A stretch of 64,000 nucleotides of DNA from a virus. Under the pieces are notes generated by a model. That model ran no database searches, was not told the origin of the DNA, and saw nothing but the letters and a program-made list of their open reading frames with translations. The stretch's first letter is position 1, and the number at the start of each line of letters is the position of its first letter. Positions 48,601 through 56,502 of this stretch are shown here, in pieces. The stretch is from UHGV virus genome UHGV-0390448; one strand, written 5' to 3'. Position numbers and translations under genes: made by a program.

Positions 48601-49457
48601 GGGTGTTTACGCAATACCCATACGTCCACCACGGTATCTGTACCGGATTCGCTGAACGTACCAGAAGGCATACGATGCGCGCCCAAAAATTCCGCCTTAC
48701 GGCTGACTTTATCGCGCAATTTTTTGTATTTCGTACCATCGGTCATGCCATTCGGCACCACCAATACAATTAGTCCACCAGGCTTAACCTTGTCGATCGT
48801 GCGCAGCACAAAGTAATTGCCAACGTTCTTCTCGTTTGCATATGCCGGATCAAGCCCGGCGACACCGGAACGCCCTTCACCAAACGGTACGTTACCAACA
48901 GCGTGATCATACATTGCGTCTTTCGCCGCCAGCGCCTCAAACGCCCCGATATTCACATCGTCTTCCGGGTGCAAAAGCTGGTTTATTCGACCGGAAATCG
49001 GAGACAGTTCGGCGCTGGTCATTATCATGCCCTGCCGTTTTGTCTCCTGGAAAATACCTGTGCCTGCTGACGGTTCCAGTACGTGACCGCTATCAATACC
49101 GTAGTCGCCGAAGAGATCCCATATACCTTCTGCCATAAACTGTGGCGTATAGTATTCGTATTGGCTGCCCTCACCATCTGTCAGGCCGCCTTCACCGGTA
49201 TACCCGGCAAGAATCTGGCGCTGTTCGTCAGTTAATTTCGCCCCATCGAAGCCGGGCGGAAGGGAATTAAGAAGATCTACTGCGGCGTTGTTTGCTGCCC
49301 GGCGTGTTTTCTGAATACTGACGCCATCGACTTTCTTAACGCCAAAGGTCACTACAGCTCGCGGTTTATGCAACCGACTAACAATTTCAATCAGCGCCCC
49401 AATGCTGGTGGCCTGGCTAATTGAATCAATTATTTTGTCCAAAGGAAGCCCCCTCAA
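42606..49457 (-). CDS. darB: DarB-like giant virion antirestriction protein (N6-adenine methyltransferase plus SF2 helicase)
   Basis: 2283 aa; MTase motifs VLEPSAGTGIF and GNVPFG; helicase motifs GFGTGLGKTTTA, ADEGHNYRNS, MLTATPLVNS; size and domain order match P1 DarB (about 2255 aa). Confidence 0.75.
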   Translation of the reverse strand: MRGLPLDKIIDSISQATSIGALIEIVSRLHKPRAVVTFGVKKVDGVSIQKTRRAANNAAVDLLNSLPPGFDGAKLTDEQRQILAGYTGEGGLTDGEGSQYEYYTPQFMAEGIWDLFGDYGIDSGHVLEPSAGTGIFQETKRQGMIMTSAELSPISGRINQLLHPEDDVNIGAFEALAAKDAMYDHAVGNVPFGEGRSGVAGLDPAYANEKNVGNYFVLRTIDKVKPGGLIVLVVPNGMTDGTKYKKLRDKVSRKAEFLGAHRMPSGTFSESGTDTVVDVWVLRKHPETFLEMIPDTDDATLKSANVLWDSFLKGKWFTTEGKRFVYGDMERTSFRNTLVVKKDGRVSNESMKTALSRRFESRINWDLLGVTTQAWQGAKVGDKRLVGGIWHEFDGLKWVKDTTTKSSALDVSRYGVSTFGDLQIAFQSTNGILALSWDQISAIASDYPSVVSDEVAAMIRFAGKQREKDRERVMRGALIGQLINKALDLRNLGVNVDDKLADASRLAAAEVAKYGPPHAIKLNGLAEAGAKNWMTFTGNVKQDGSTSDLLAGRLDVTDGAAGIDFTRPEQVIAHLFSDVALNPITLGDFREAFAGELPEDDDAALEYLAKFDDIAIDGYGCLLPMDRATSGDIATKTALLMGWRDASTGEQKSNFERQLAKIEEKRIFTPLNKVTVNLNARWLDRRLIKEFLAEQGYDEFKYTEPDLKVVDGILVSPDDYEGKDGVFTGYQLRTVNGKNGNEFKKANNKDGFLNQLENYLNGVKPRGQNANEYLDKIAQLEVSFNDWLRTHPQADQIAREYNDAFNGFIPFTHSNAPLGLEGISGKRIPLTYQNEEVRRLSEDGRGIMGFGTGLGKTTTALALEAYNFETGRTKRTCIVVPKAVYQNWYHEAQSFYSADAFANMMFIGLDEVRDEDGNILTAPVLDENGEPRLDSNGQPLTRNVVKESASAVIVQRMNMIPSSNWRTVIMTKEQFASIPLREKTIEENSQQAVFNAVEMGRLDLASGKHRDAQKKNKIKDQAANTGTTKKQNIPYFEDMNFDSVIADEGHNYRNSFNAGREAGQLAYLPNPAVSKMARDMAVKAAYMMKRNNGRGVVMLTATPLVNSPIDAFNMLSTVIPQEEWMRMGIITPDDFVRVFGKTATVQVQKISGEVEEKQGLVGFQNLDGLRGIFHRWTTLKTAADVGATVKIPDIVENTLQIPMTGEQEAAYEELRKRAQELSSKDALTVDENGHITNEKPDDFIFSIIRDMDKVAIDPDLYASAITFQFPVELADKVKAIADALPKVAGGKVADDADEAEEDGAGGLVSTRTSKVVKTTFSEHPAHVEIRASIELEAEILKAIAAAGIDLQQVSHPIPPKYAALIENLREGLKNGKQIVFIDEKAQHQKLRRIIASALQMPEQEIGIINATTVSQAGGIKLKKVNKPTEPTPNKNGEYKEGAWETYYSKLAQYEDYLSAKNDAGLEGMEGIAADYNEGRTRIIICNKKAEVGINLHIGTTDIHHLTLPWTPASIDQRNGRGARVGSPQEKVNVHYYCGKGTFDDFRLDTLKRKKDWIKMVMTSDMSEIANGDADDADERAIMLAANPEERRAIMARQAQEREERLKLKAQREANNALDIYLKAANAAGKDIGMMETELKSAMEQIEYYQRNLDDLIKAGTNRNGQKYALEQLSSYRKRARVLRFAITRAKDADTIMKRSRGDVERAIKSGVLDISIDVIQNPQEYMRTDKNILLHKGSYYRAVIDDRETTAIVRVEKIDGEKAQYICRIAWLDRASRYARSPGSIVTLPFDSVIEAVTFEEGVAESRATAARGVQCHQLSTILTRDQFYDAIRNGVMNVIAGKPGNAWGGGSAIKYWAYRTDDGQIALSSAYDGVIGQKIGRASDIAPERWIYPDGNDEALKREVAKIQASDNPLNIVDGEGFLQALYGYDYIQGMQAWGAQATMDDVAQEFENWMAGRGLSGRSLNKVTSEDILSLFRKPSGEGLESFWRTVLAYRLFKGRMKAFSNIDDIERMFNQVKIAKIKTKIEKTRSALVAWRDALFEQYKSLSDADGWAALEQLANNGVDGAKLAIVQADNPLESPAAQWIKVGAVINAFDEKHISKDDFADAVSVNRLVEMATRRARELKDGDYVNELPDALKSATWQDFVSLKNGGATESEIAERLEQAESKREEQAAEAEARADEAANDDYIIVVNDKPIRAKARVRGRWWSVSEDVGAVYLIADQPGSSTIRNAKDAIKKIGGRFWNFEVNPVADVDFDRPAWMVSTRYSVDELRKIIADAA

Positions 49458-49594
49458 AACCGTTAAATCCGCCTTAAGCGGTTCGGTTTGAGAGGGTATG
49501 GAGAATGTTATTTTCAGGGATGAACGACACTACCGTCAAAATCACATACTCACCATAGTTTGCCTACTTATTAACCCATGAGCGGGAGAAATAT

Positions 49595-50080
49595 ATGGCA
49601 AACATTGAACCTCGCTGGCTTATTGAGGCCCGTAAAAATATTGGAGTCACCGAAATAAAAGGAGCGAAACACAATCCTGAGATCGTTCAGTTCTGGCGGG
49701 ATATTAAGCGCAGCGGAATTAAAGACGACGAAACGCCGTGGTGCGCTGCATTTGTTGGTGCAATGCTGGAACGTGTAGGTATCCGCTCAACAAGATTTGA
49801 GTCGGCAAAATCCTATCTGGATTGGGGCGAGAAATTAGATACACCGGCATACGGATGTATCGTTGTATTTACTCGCGCAGGCGGTGGGCATGTAGGCTTT
49901 GTTGTCGGACGCCGCGCCAATGGCGATCTGCTTGTCTTGGGTGGGAACCAGGGGGATGCTGTTAATATTCGCGCATTCCCAACATCAAGAGTGTCTGGCT
50001 ATCGCTGGCCTGCTGGCGAACCACGCAATACAGCTCTGTTACCAGTCGGAGACGCAGCAACCTCAACTAATGAGGCATAA
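49595..50080 (+). CDS. CHAP/NlpC-P60-like cysteine peptidase (TIGR02594-like), putative cell-wall hydrolase
   Basis: Conserved Cys (PWCAAFV) and His (GGGHVGFVVG) spacing; lone plus-strand gene. Confidence 0.5.
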   Translation: MANIEPRWLIEARKNIGVTEIKGAKHNPEIVQFWRDIKRSGIKDDETPWCAAFVGAMLERVGIRSTRFESAKSYLDWGEKLDTPAYGCIVVFTRAGGGHVGFVVGRRANGDLLVLGGNQGDAVNIRAFPTSRVSGYRWPAGEPRNTALLPVGDAATSTNEA

Positions 50081-50103
50081 AAAAGCCCCGGCCTGGCCGG
50101 GGC
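50081..50103 (-). terminator. GC-rich hairpin with U-run on the minus strand
   Basis: gccccggcc-t-ggccggggc preceded by aaaa on the plus strand. Confidence 0.45.
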
Positions 50104-50111
50104 ATCACACT

Positions 50112-51016
50112 TCAAGTTACGATCCAATCATTACCGACTGCATCCGCCGTCGATAAATCGACTTCCCGGATCTGGTATCCATTAACACAAAACCATCCAG
50201 TAGTAGAGCTATTATCAGGCCAGACCCATACACCAACACTCCATGCTTTACGGCGGCACACTTCAGCCTGTCCTTCCCTGATTTTTTTTACCGCCTGCAT
50301 GATGTCCATCACTCGCCTCCCCAACCGATCACCTGGAATTGTCCCATCCTTGGGTGATACCAGCGTTTTCCTCGGTGTTCAGCCTCCGACATCATCAGGT
50401 TAAAGGCATTCATGAAGGGAGATAAGGCCACAATAGTACGACGCGACAATACCCCCTCTGGCGTCAAAAACTCATGCGTATCAGTGGGTATCCGGTAAGC
50501 GTTGACCAGGTTGCGGCATTTGGCTTCAGTCAGGCCGCATTTTGCCGCCAACTGGCGGTAGCCAATGTAGCCTTCCGGAATATTGCCTTTCTTGATCTGC
50601 TCGACGGTTTCAGCAACCTGGCTAACCTTTGACTCAACAACATGAAGCCGCTTTTGCTGCTGAACTGCATTTGCAGCCATTGCAGCGATCATCTCTATTT
50701 CGGTCAACGGCTGGCGTACTTGTTCTTCCAGTTCGCGCCAGCGGTCCACCAGCCGGGCGGTGAATTCGGGAGAGAGCTGCGCGACGACGATAATGCTATC
50801 GCGCTTGCCTTGCTCGCCTTCGAAGACGTAAGCCTCAACACTACGTCGTAGTCCTAAGTTATTGATTTTTTCGAAAACCTCAATTTGAGGACGAACAATA
50901 ACGCCACCTTTGGCTAATGTCTCAATAGTGCGTTTCACATTGTCATGACGTTTTCCCACCAGCTCCGCAATCTCAATGCTGGTCATTGATGGTTTTTCGA
51001 GAATGCAGATATCCAT
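50112..51016 (-). pseudogene. Rha-family regulatory gene, copy 2, split into two overlapping ORFs by a frameshift
   Basis: ORFs 50309-51016 (235 aa) and 50112-50324 (70 aa) together align to the intact 308-aa copy at 8650-9576; frame switch falls just after the shared WYHPRMG-FQ motif, near 50325-50345. Confidence 0.5.
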
Positions 51017-51240
51017 CAGTGAGCCTCCGCAATGCAGGGATTAGTAATATTGCGATACCAGGGGTTAGTGTTTGGTTGTGGGGAAGTAGAGAAACGACCA
51101 GTGAGCACGCCATACTGATCAGGGATCAGAGAACGGGCTTCTTTTTCAGTTGCGGCAATTGCGAAGTGATCGCAGTGTTTTTGCAGGGAGTGAAAACGCC
51201 AGATGAATTCTGGACGTGAGCAAGGATTGGCATTAACCAT
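51016..51240 (-). CDS. Ash-like small protein, copy 2
   Basis: 74 aa; paralog of 9576-9791. Confidence 0.45.
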   Translation of the reverse strand: MVNANPCSRPEFIWRFHSLQKHCDHFAIAATEKEARSLIPDQYGVLTGRFSTSPQPNTNPWYRNITNPCIAEAH

Positions 51241-51570
51241 AGTTACGGCCTCACTAACAGGTTTAACAACCTGCTACCCGCTGCTAAACAGGTGGCAGGA
51301 CGTGACGGGGTTAGCAGACTGGCGTTAGTGAAACCAGCAGGCCGAAGCCTCCCCATCACGCCCCACCATAATTTGGGCGTAACGCGGTTTTACGGACACA
51401 AAAATACCGCAATATCGGATATCTGCGGTTGTCCGCACTAACATTCAGGCTGCTAAACCCGGTCGCAGAATTTGCTACGACGGCATGAATATAAGCCTGA
51501 ACATTAGAAAGATCAACAGAATTTTTATCAGATGCTGTTTTTTAGTGACGATATAAATCATACATTCTTG

Positions 51571-51598
51571 ATTAGAAACATCAATTTAATTTTCTAAC
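51571..51598. promoter_or_regulatory. Operator site attagaa-N14-ttctaac upstream of the Ash-Rha module
   Basis: gattagaaacatcaatttaattttctaacat; about 330 bp upstream of the Ash start. Confidence 0.5.
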
Positions 51599-51656
51599 AT
51601 ACATTTTCGAGCGATGAAATTCCCGCCGCACGGTTATTGTACAGTCAATCGCAACA

Positions 51657-52616
51657 TCATCCCCGAAAGCCCTCCGGAATTGACCAGTCTTCCCGGTCAA
51701 ATTCAGACCGATAGCCACGCTGTTTCATCAGGTCAAATGCTTCATTGATGGTTGCACATCCCTGGGAAGCAGAATAATCCATAGAGAAATCCAGGGCGCT
51801 GGATCGTTTGGGCTTATTCACTGTGGTAGCACTACGTAACCATGCAAATTTTTTTGCCAGTTTTTCAGCGGTACGATACAGAGCCTGCCGTTTTGCGAAC
51901 CCCTCGTCTGAACGACGCTTTGCAGCTCTCGCTTTTGCCGCCGCCAAACAGTGGTTGGTATGTTCTTCCCTGATTACTGTTTTTTTATCCAGCAAGCCAT
52001 TATCCGCTTGAGAACTATCTGCTGGTGAAGCCTTTGGCTGAACCGCGCATGATCTTTCTCTTCTTTTGGCTATAGAGTGACTCTTATTTTCTATTGGCTG
52101 TTCATTTTGAACATGGGGGGACTTGTTCAATTTGAACAGGGGGTGCCCAGTTTCAAAAAAATAACGAACCTTTGAAATCAACTGCTTAACCAGTTTTGTG
52201 GCGTTGGCAAATTTGATGCCCTGCTTACTCCCTATCTCCATTGCTACATGAATGAAGTGGAGAAATTGTGTTGTAAACCGGTACACGTTACACACCTGAG
52301 CATTGTTATTCGCTACCTGATGCTGCTTAACAAGCATTCCGCACTTCGTCGCTTCAGTAAATGCCCGGCGCACAGTAGAAATACTGCGTCCTGTAATCTC
52401 GGACATATCAGCATATGAGCGACGGATCATGTATTCATCGGTAGCTCCTGCCAGGTTGGCGAACTCGGCAATAATGGCGCTATGTGAAGGGGAAAGAAAA
52501 CCGCTATGACGAGCAAAAAAACTCAACTGATGACCTTTGATTTTTTTGTGGTATTCAGTGTTGTTTTTATACTCAGAAGTGTTGAAAGTAACTGAAACTG
52601 AATTTAAAATACTCAC
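51657..52616 (-). CDS. Putative replication initiator (RepL-like, winged-helix); tentative
   Basis: 319 aa; HTH-like segment EITGRSISTVRRAFTEATKCGMLVK; operator half-site in its leader, as for the C1-controlled kilA-repL replicon of P1. Confidence 0.35.
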   Translation of the reverse strand: MSILNSVSVTFNTSEYKNNTEYHKKIKGHQLSFFARHSGFLSPSHSAIIAEFANLAGATDEYMIRRSYADMSEITGRSISTVRRAFTEATKCGMLVKQHQVANNNAQVCNVYRFTTQFLHFIHVAMEIGSKQGIKFANATKLVKQLISKVRYFFETGHPLFKLNKSPHVQNEQPIENKSHSIAKRRERSCAVQPKASPADSSQADNGLLDKKTVIREEHTNHCLAAAKARAAKRRSDEGFAKRQALYRTAEKLAKKFAWLRSATTVNKPKRSSALDFSMDYSASQGCATINEAFDLMKQRGYRSEFDREDWSIPEGFRG

Positions 52617-52677
52617 CAGATAGTTCCGTGAAAAATCTATCTACCGTATAAATCTATGCCAGTGGATTTATACACCC

Positions 52678-52710
52678 AAAAGCCGCTACTCAGCGGCTTT
52701 TGCTTTTTTT
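52678..52710 (+). terminator. Plus-strand rho-independent terminator inside the Rep-like leader
   Basis: agccgct-actc-agcggct followed by tttgcttttttt; no plus-strand CDS upstream. Confidence 0.45.
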
Positions 52711-52789
52711 GGCAGTCGCTACCGGAGCAGTGACCGCGATCCTACTCGATCACGTGCCGTCGGATCAACAGTGTATAAAAACACACTGT

Positions 52790-52796
52790 GTTAGAA
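52790..52796. promoter_or_regulatory. gttagaa half-site upstream of the Rep-like gene
   Basis: ctgtgttagaaaattaagc. Confidence 0.4.
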
Positions 52797-52815
52797 AATT
52801 AAGCTAGCTTTTAGC

Positions 52816-53814
52816 TCACATCCTCTTAGACACAAAGATCAGCGGAGTCACCGTCTTGTTCTCTTTCACCGGTATTTCTTGTTGTTTATTGGCTGATATT
52901 GGCAGACCATAAGTGGCATTAGCCCCCAGGGATTCAAGCATCGCTGCGACAATGCGTGCATCATCCTCTGACTGCATACGGCAGAGCGCCCGGCGCTGTT
53001 CTGCGCTGATAAAAACAGGCATTTCCTGGATAGCATCACGCAAAATACGGCGGCATTTCTTCGCGTTCTCCCCCTGGCTTTCCATCATCGCGGCCTGGTC
53101 GCGTAGTTTGTCGCGAAGCTGCATATTTTCCACTTCAAGATGTATCAGTTCCGACTCCAGAACTTCACGTTGTGCTGATTCGAGTATGGCTTGCTGACTC
53201 TTCATTGCTGAAAAGTGGTGAACCAGATCCGTAGCAGCATTATCGGTAAAACCTTGTTCGATAAGTGCCGCATGAATCGCCGCGTCGCGTTCTTCTGCTG
53301 ATTCAAGCATCAGGCTTTTCTTGTCGAGGCTGATATAGTTAGGCACAGTTACGTAATCAAAACCGTGAAAAGACTTTACCAGGGATACAGAGTAATCTGG
53401 ACCAGATGTAGCCCATGACCAACCACCTGCGCCAGAATTAATCATACCCTGAACAATACGTCCGGTGTCCGTATCCAGTATTTCCTGTGTATGGGTAACA
53501 ATGCCGTTGTCGTCAATTGAAATATCGATAGTCCTGTTTGACGGCACGTTCTCCAATACAACAGGCTTCCCATCTACCATCACAACAGAGACTTCCGGCA
53601 AGTCCAGGCTTTTCGTTTTGTTATAGTGCATCGCCCGGCGACCATGACCGTAATAACCATACATCTCACCCAGTGCGATACGCTCTTTTGTTTCTGGCGA
53701 GTTGAATGTGTCTCGTACCGACTGGATAACGTAATTGCGATTGTTCTGAGGTGTGTGTTTGCGGATTTTCTCTACCAGGGAGAAGCGATCCGTAACGGTA
53801 TTCAGTGATTGCAT
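52816..53814 (-). CDS. Putative head maturation protease or scaffold (Pro-like); tentative
   Basis: 332 aa, directly downstream of the portal-like gene; coiled-coil C-terminal half. Confidence 0.35.
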   Translation of the reverse strand: MQSLNTVTDRFSLVEKIRKHTPQNNRNYVIQSVRDTFNSPETKERIALGEMYGYYGHGRRAMHYNKTKSLDLPEVSVVMVDGKPVVLENVPSNRTIDISIDDNGIVTHTQEILDTDTGRIVQGMINSGAGGWSWATSGPDYSVSLVKSFHGFDYVTVPNYISLDKKSLMLESAEERDAAIHAALIEQGFTDNAATDLVHHFSAMKSQQAILESAQREVLESELIHLEVENMQLRDKLRDQAAMMESQGENAKKCRRILRDAIQEMPVFISAEQRRALCRMQSEDDARIVAAMLESLGANATYGLPISANKQQEIPVKENKTVTPLIFVSKRM

Positions 53815-53827
53815 TATTTCCCTCCGG

Positions 53828-55513
53828 TTAATTATTGCTCATCACAAATTTTGCAAAGTTGATTAATTGTTCTTGCGTCCAGTTTTCCGGATCGTCACCG
53901 GACGACAACGGCGCGGATTCGTACATACCATGCTCGTTGTTTTGCTCTGATTCATTCGCCTTAAACTCTTTGATCATTACGTTGAGAGTGTCATCGTCGA
54001 TACGAAGCTGTTCGGTGAACAGATAACGCATAAACGCGTCGCTACCCGCCAGTTTCGGGTTGTTCTGGATCTGGTCCATTATTTGCGAGATGACAGCTAC
54101 GAAGTTGGCGCGCGCATCCAGCTCTCGGTTTTCCTCTTCCTGGATAGCTGTGTTCATTGAGTTGAATTGCACGTCATAAGGACGGTTTTTTTCGGTGTAA
54201 ACCTTCCCGTATTTATAAGCGAGGTGAATGTCATGAAGCCGATAAATAGTCCGCTGGGCGGCCTGTCTGATCCAGTTCGCGCGTAATGCGGCCTGGATAG
54301 CTGTTTGCTGCCAACCGCCTTCTCCAAGTCCACCACTCATCTGATCAGCCCAGCCAAGCATTGTTGCGTCAATACCGAGGCTTGCCGCGAGCTGTCGGAG
54401 ATGAAACATAACGTCTTCGATACCACTGATATCTGCGGGTATAGATTGCGTATCAATGGTGATCCCGTTCTTCCCATCCCCCATGACAGGTATCAGATGG
54501 TTAAGTACAGATGGGAGAGCATTAGAATTAATCGACCGTTGCGCTACGAGGTCGCTATGACGCTTCAGTGCCTGGCTGACCCCGCGCGTATAATTCGCCG
54601 CGTTTACCGGATCTATCGTGTTCGTTGTGAGTGCAATCAGGCGATCAATTTTTGCAGCGTTGTTTCGCGTTGCTTTCAGCGCAGCAAGCGCGGCACATAA
54701 ATTCAGGTAGGGTTCATAACTGTATTCAAGAAACGACGTACCGTAGTTCTGCGTCTCCATTAACGGCTTGTCCTGCTGTTCACTAAGCAAGGAATAGCCG
54801 TTAGTGCCGTAAGTTACTGGCATTACTTTATGCTGAGGCGTCCAGTACGGGTTTTTCATGGAAACCAGATTCCACGGTTCGGTTATAACTCTGCGCAAAG
54901 TATGCGTATCCAGAATGTAATCGCCGCTGAATCCGACAAGTTGGCTACCGCGATAAAACTCCTGAACGAAATGAGGGAGCGTGTAATAGCTCGACTCAAT
55001 TCCAGTTATCCCCTTCCCTTGCTCTGCATATGGACGGATATACGACACACCGAAAATAGCCATGATCATGGCCCACGATGGAAGGCCATCATTAATCATT
55101 GAGCTTAAATCAGCGGTCAATTCCTCACATCGACTTACAGCCTCCTTATCCGCCCCATTTTTCGGAGCGAGAATAAATGCGAGGCCTGTTTTTTTTGATG
55201 GAGCCAGAGAATGCGCAATGTGAATGTTTAATGCTGTGGAGATAGTCGGACTTTTCGCCATCGTCTCCAGTATGTTGTATTTTTGCAGGCGGTCACTCGG
55301 TAATTCTGCCGATATAGATACTGTATCCGCCGCGCTTGTCATGCCATCGCTATTGCTCCCCAGGATGCCAGGACGCAAGGCGGACAGGCCAGAACGAGCA
55401 ACGACGCTATGCCCGCTCGCAAATACGACCGGATCGGCAGGCGTAACATCACCACCGCTGAAGGCTTTCTTCAATGCCGACAGAAAGCCCTTGTTTTTGT
55501 CTTTCGTTGCCAT
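53828..55513 (-). CDS. Putative portal protein (Prt-like); tentative
   Basis: 561 aa, acidic C-terminus, followed by a protease/scaffold-like gene. Confidence 0.4.
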   Translation of the reverse strand: MATKDKNKGFLSALKKAFSGGDVTPADPVVFASGHSVVARSGLSALRPGILGSNSDGMTSAADTVSISAELPSDRLQKYNILETMAKSPTISTALNIHIAHSLAPSKKTGLAFILAPKNGADKEAVSRCEELTADLSSMINDGLPSWAMIMAIFGVSYIRPYAEQGKGITGIESSYYTLPHFVQEFYRGSQLVGFSGDYILDTHTLRRVITEPWNLVSMKNPYWTPQHKVMPVTYGTNGYSLLSEQQDKPLMETQNYGTSFLEYSYEPYLNLCAALAALKATRNNAAKIDRLIALTTNTIDPVNAANYTRGVSQALKRHSDLVAQRSINSNALPSVLNHLIPVMGDGKNGITIDTQSIPADISGIEDVMFHLRQLAASLGIDATMLGWADQMSGGLGEGGWQQTAIQAALRANWIRQAAQRTIYRLHDIHLAYKYGKVYTEKNRPYDVQFNSMNTAIQEEENRELDARANFVAVISQIMDQIQNNPKLAGSDAFMRYLFTEQLRIDDDTLNVMIKEFKANESEQNNEHGMYESAPLSSGDDPENWTQEQLINFAKFVMSNN

Positions 55514-55745
55514 GATTCACCGCAAAAGGTTTCCGATTTCGTGGCAGCTTATCCAGTGTGTGATTTCATCAGTAATTTTTCGTTGTTTTCACCATATGCT
55601 GATGTTTTTTCATATGCGGAAATGCTTTTCCAAAAACGCAACAACCAAACAAAGAAGTCATGTTTATAAACATTTTTGTTGTGTTTTATATCTTTCGTGT
55701 TACTATTCTTGCCGCCCATGATGGATAAATTGCATAAGGAAACTT

Positions 55746-55928
55746 GTGAAGTATTCAGAGTTCAAACGCTGGTTAATCCAGCAAGGGGCAGAGTTCAGGA
55801 AAGCGCCTGGTGGCGGCAGTCATCAGAAAGTGAACCTGAACGGAAAGCGGTCGGTTTTCCCGGACCACGGTTCAAAGGAAATGCCTGAACCGCTACGCAA
55901 GAAAATAATGAAGGACCTGGGGCTTTAA
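55746..55928 (+). CDS. hicA: HicA toxin
   Basis: MKYSEFKRWLIQQGAEF...GGGSHQKV...FPDHGSKEMPEPLRKKIMKDLGL; close to E. coli HicA. Confidence 0.8.
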   Translation: MKYSEFKRWLIQQGAEFRKAPGGGSHQKVNLNGKRSVFPDHGSKEMPEPLRKKIMKDLGL

Positions 55929-55958
55929 GCCCCAGCCTTTTTCACTAGGAGCTTCTCT

Positions 55959-56390
55959 ATGTTTAACTATCCGGTAAAACTGGAGCGCGACGACAAAACC
56001 GGCGCGTATGTCGTATCATGCCGCGACCTACCATTGTTTAATTCCGTGGGTGACTCAGTTGAAGAAGCGTTGCTTGAGGCTGGTTATGGATTGGTCGCAG
56101 CGGTTGCGATTGAGATTGAAGAACGCCGACCTGTTCCCACTGGTAGCGAGCCAAAAGAAGGTGAGTACGTTGTCTCTTTGCCAGTGCTACCAGCAATGAA
56201 GGCTGCACTCCACAACGCGATGATAGAAACCGGCACACGCAAAGCAGAGTTGGCGCGCAAACTCGGCAAAAATGGAACACAGATTGATCGGCTTCTCGAC
56301 GTCGAACATTCATCGAAAGTTGAAACTGTCGAGCTGGCACTGCATCAACTGAATAAAAATATCGCCGTATCTGTCACACCAATGCGGTGA
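55959..56390 (+). CDS. hicB: HicB antitoxin with C-terminal HTH
   Basis: 143 aa; RNase-H-like N-terminal part and C-terminal TRKAELARKLGKNGTQIDRL HTH. Confidence 0.8.
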   Translation: MFNYPVKLERDDKTGAYVVSCRDLPLFNSVGDSVEEALLEAGYGLVAAVAIEIEERRPVPTGSEPKEGEYVVSLPVLPAMKAALHNAMIETGTRKAELARKLGKNGTQIDRLLDVEHSSKVETVELALHQLNKNIAVSVTPMR

Positions 56391-56502
56391 CTGCTCCCCG
56401 CCCTGGCTGGGCGAGGATTTACGGGGTATTTGTTAAAAACGCTCTATTCAAAGAAGAAATACCGAATCCCCCGGAGGTTATCCGGGGTGTCCGGTCGCCA
56501 GG

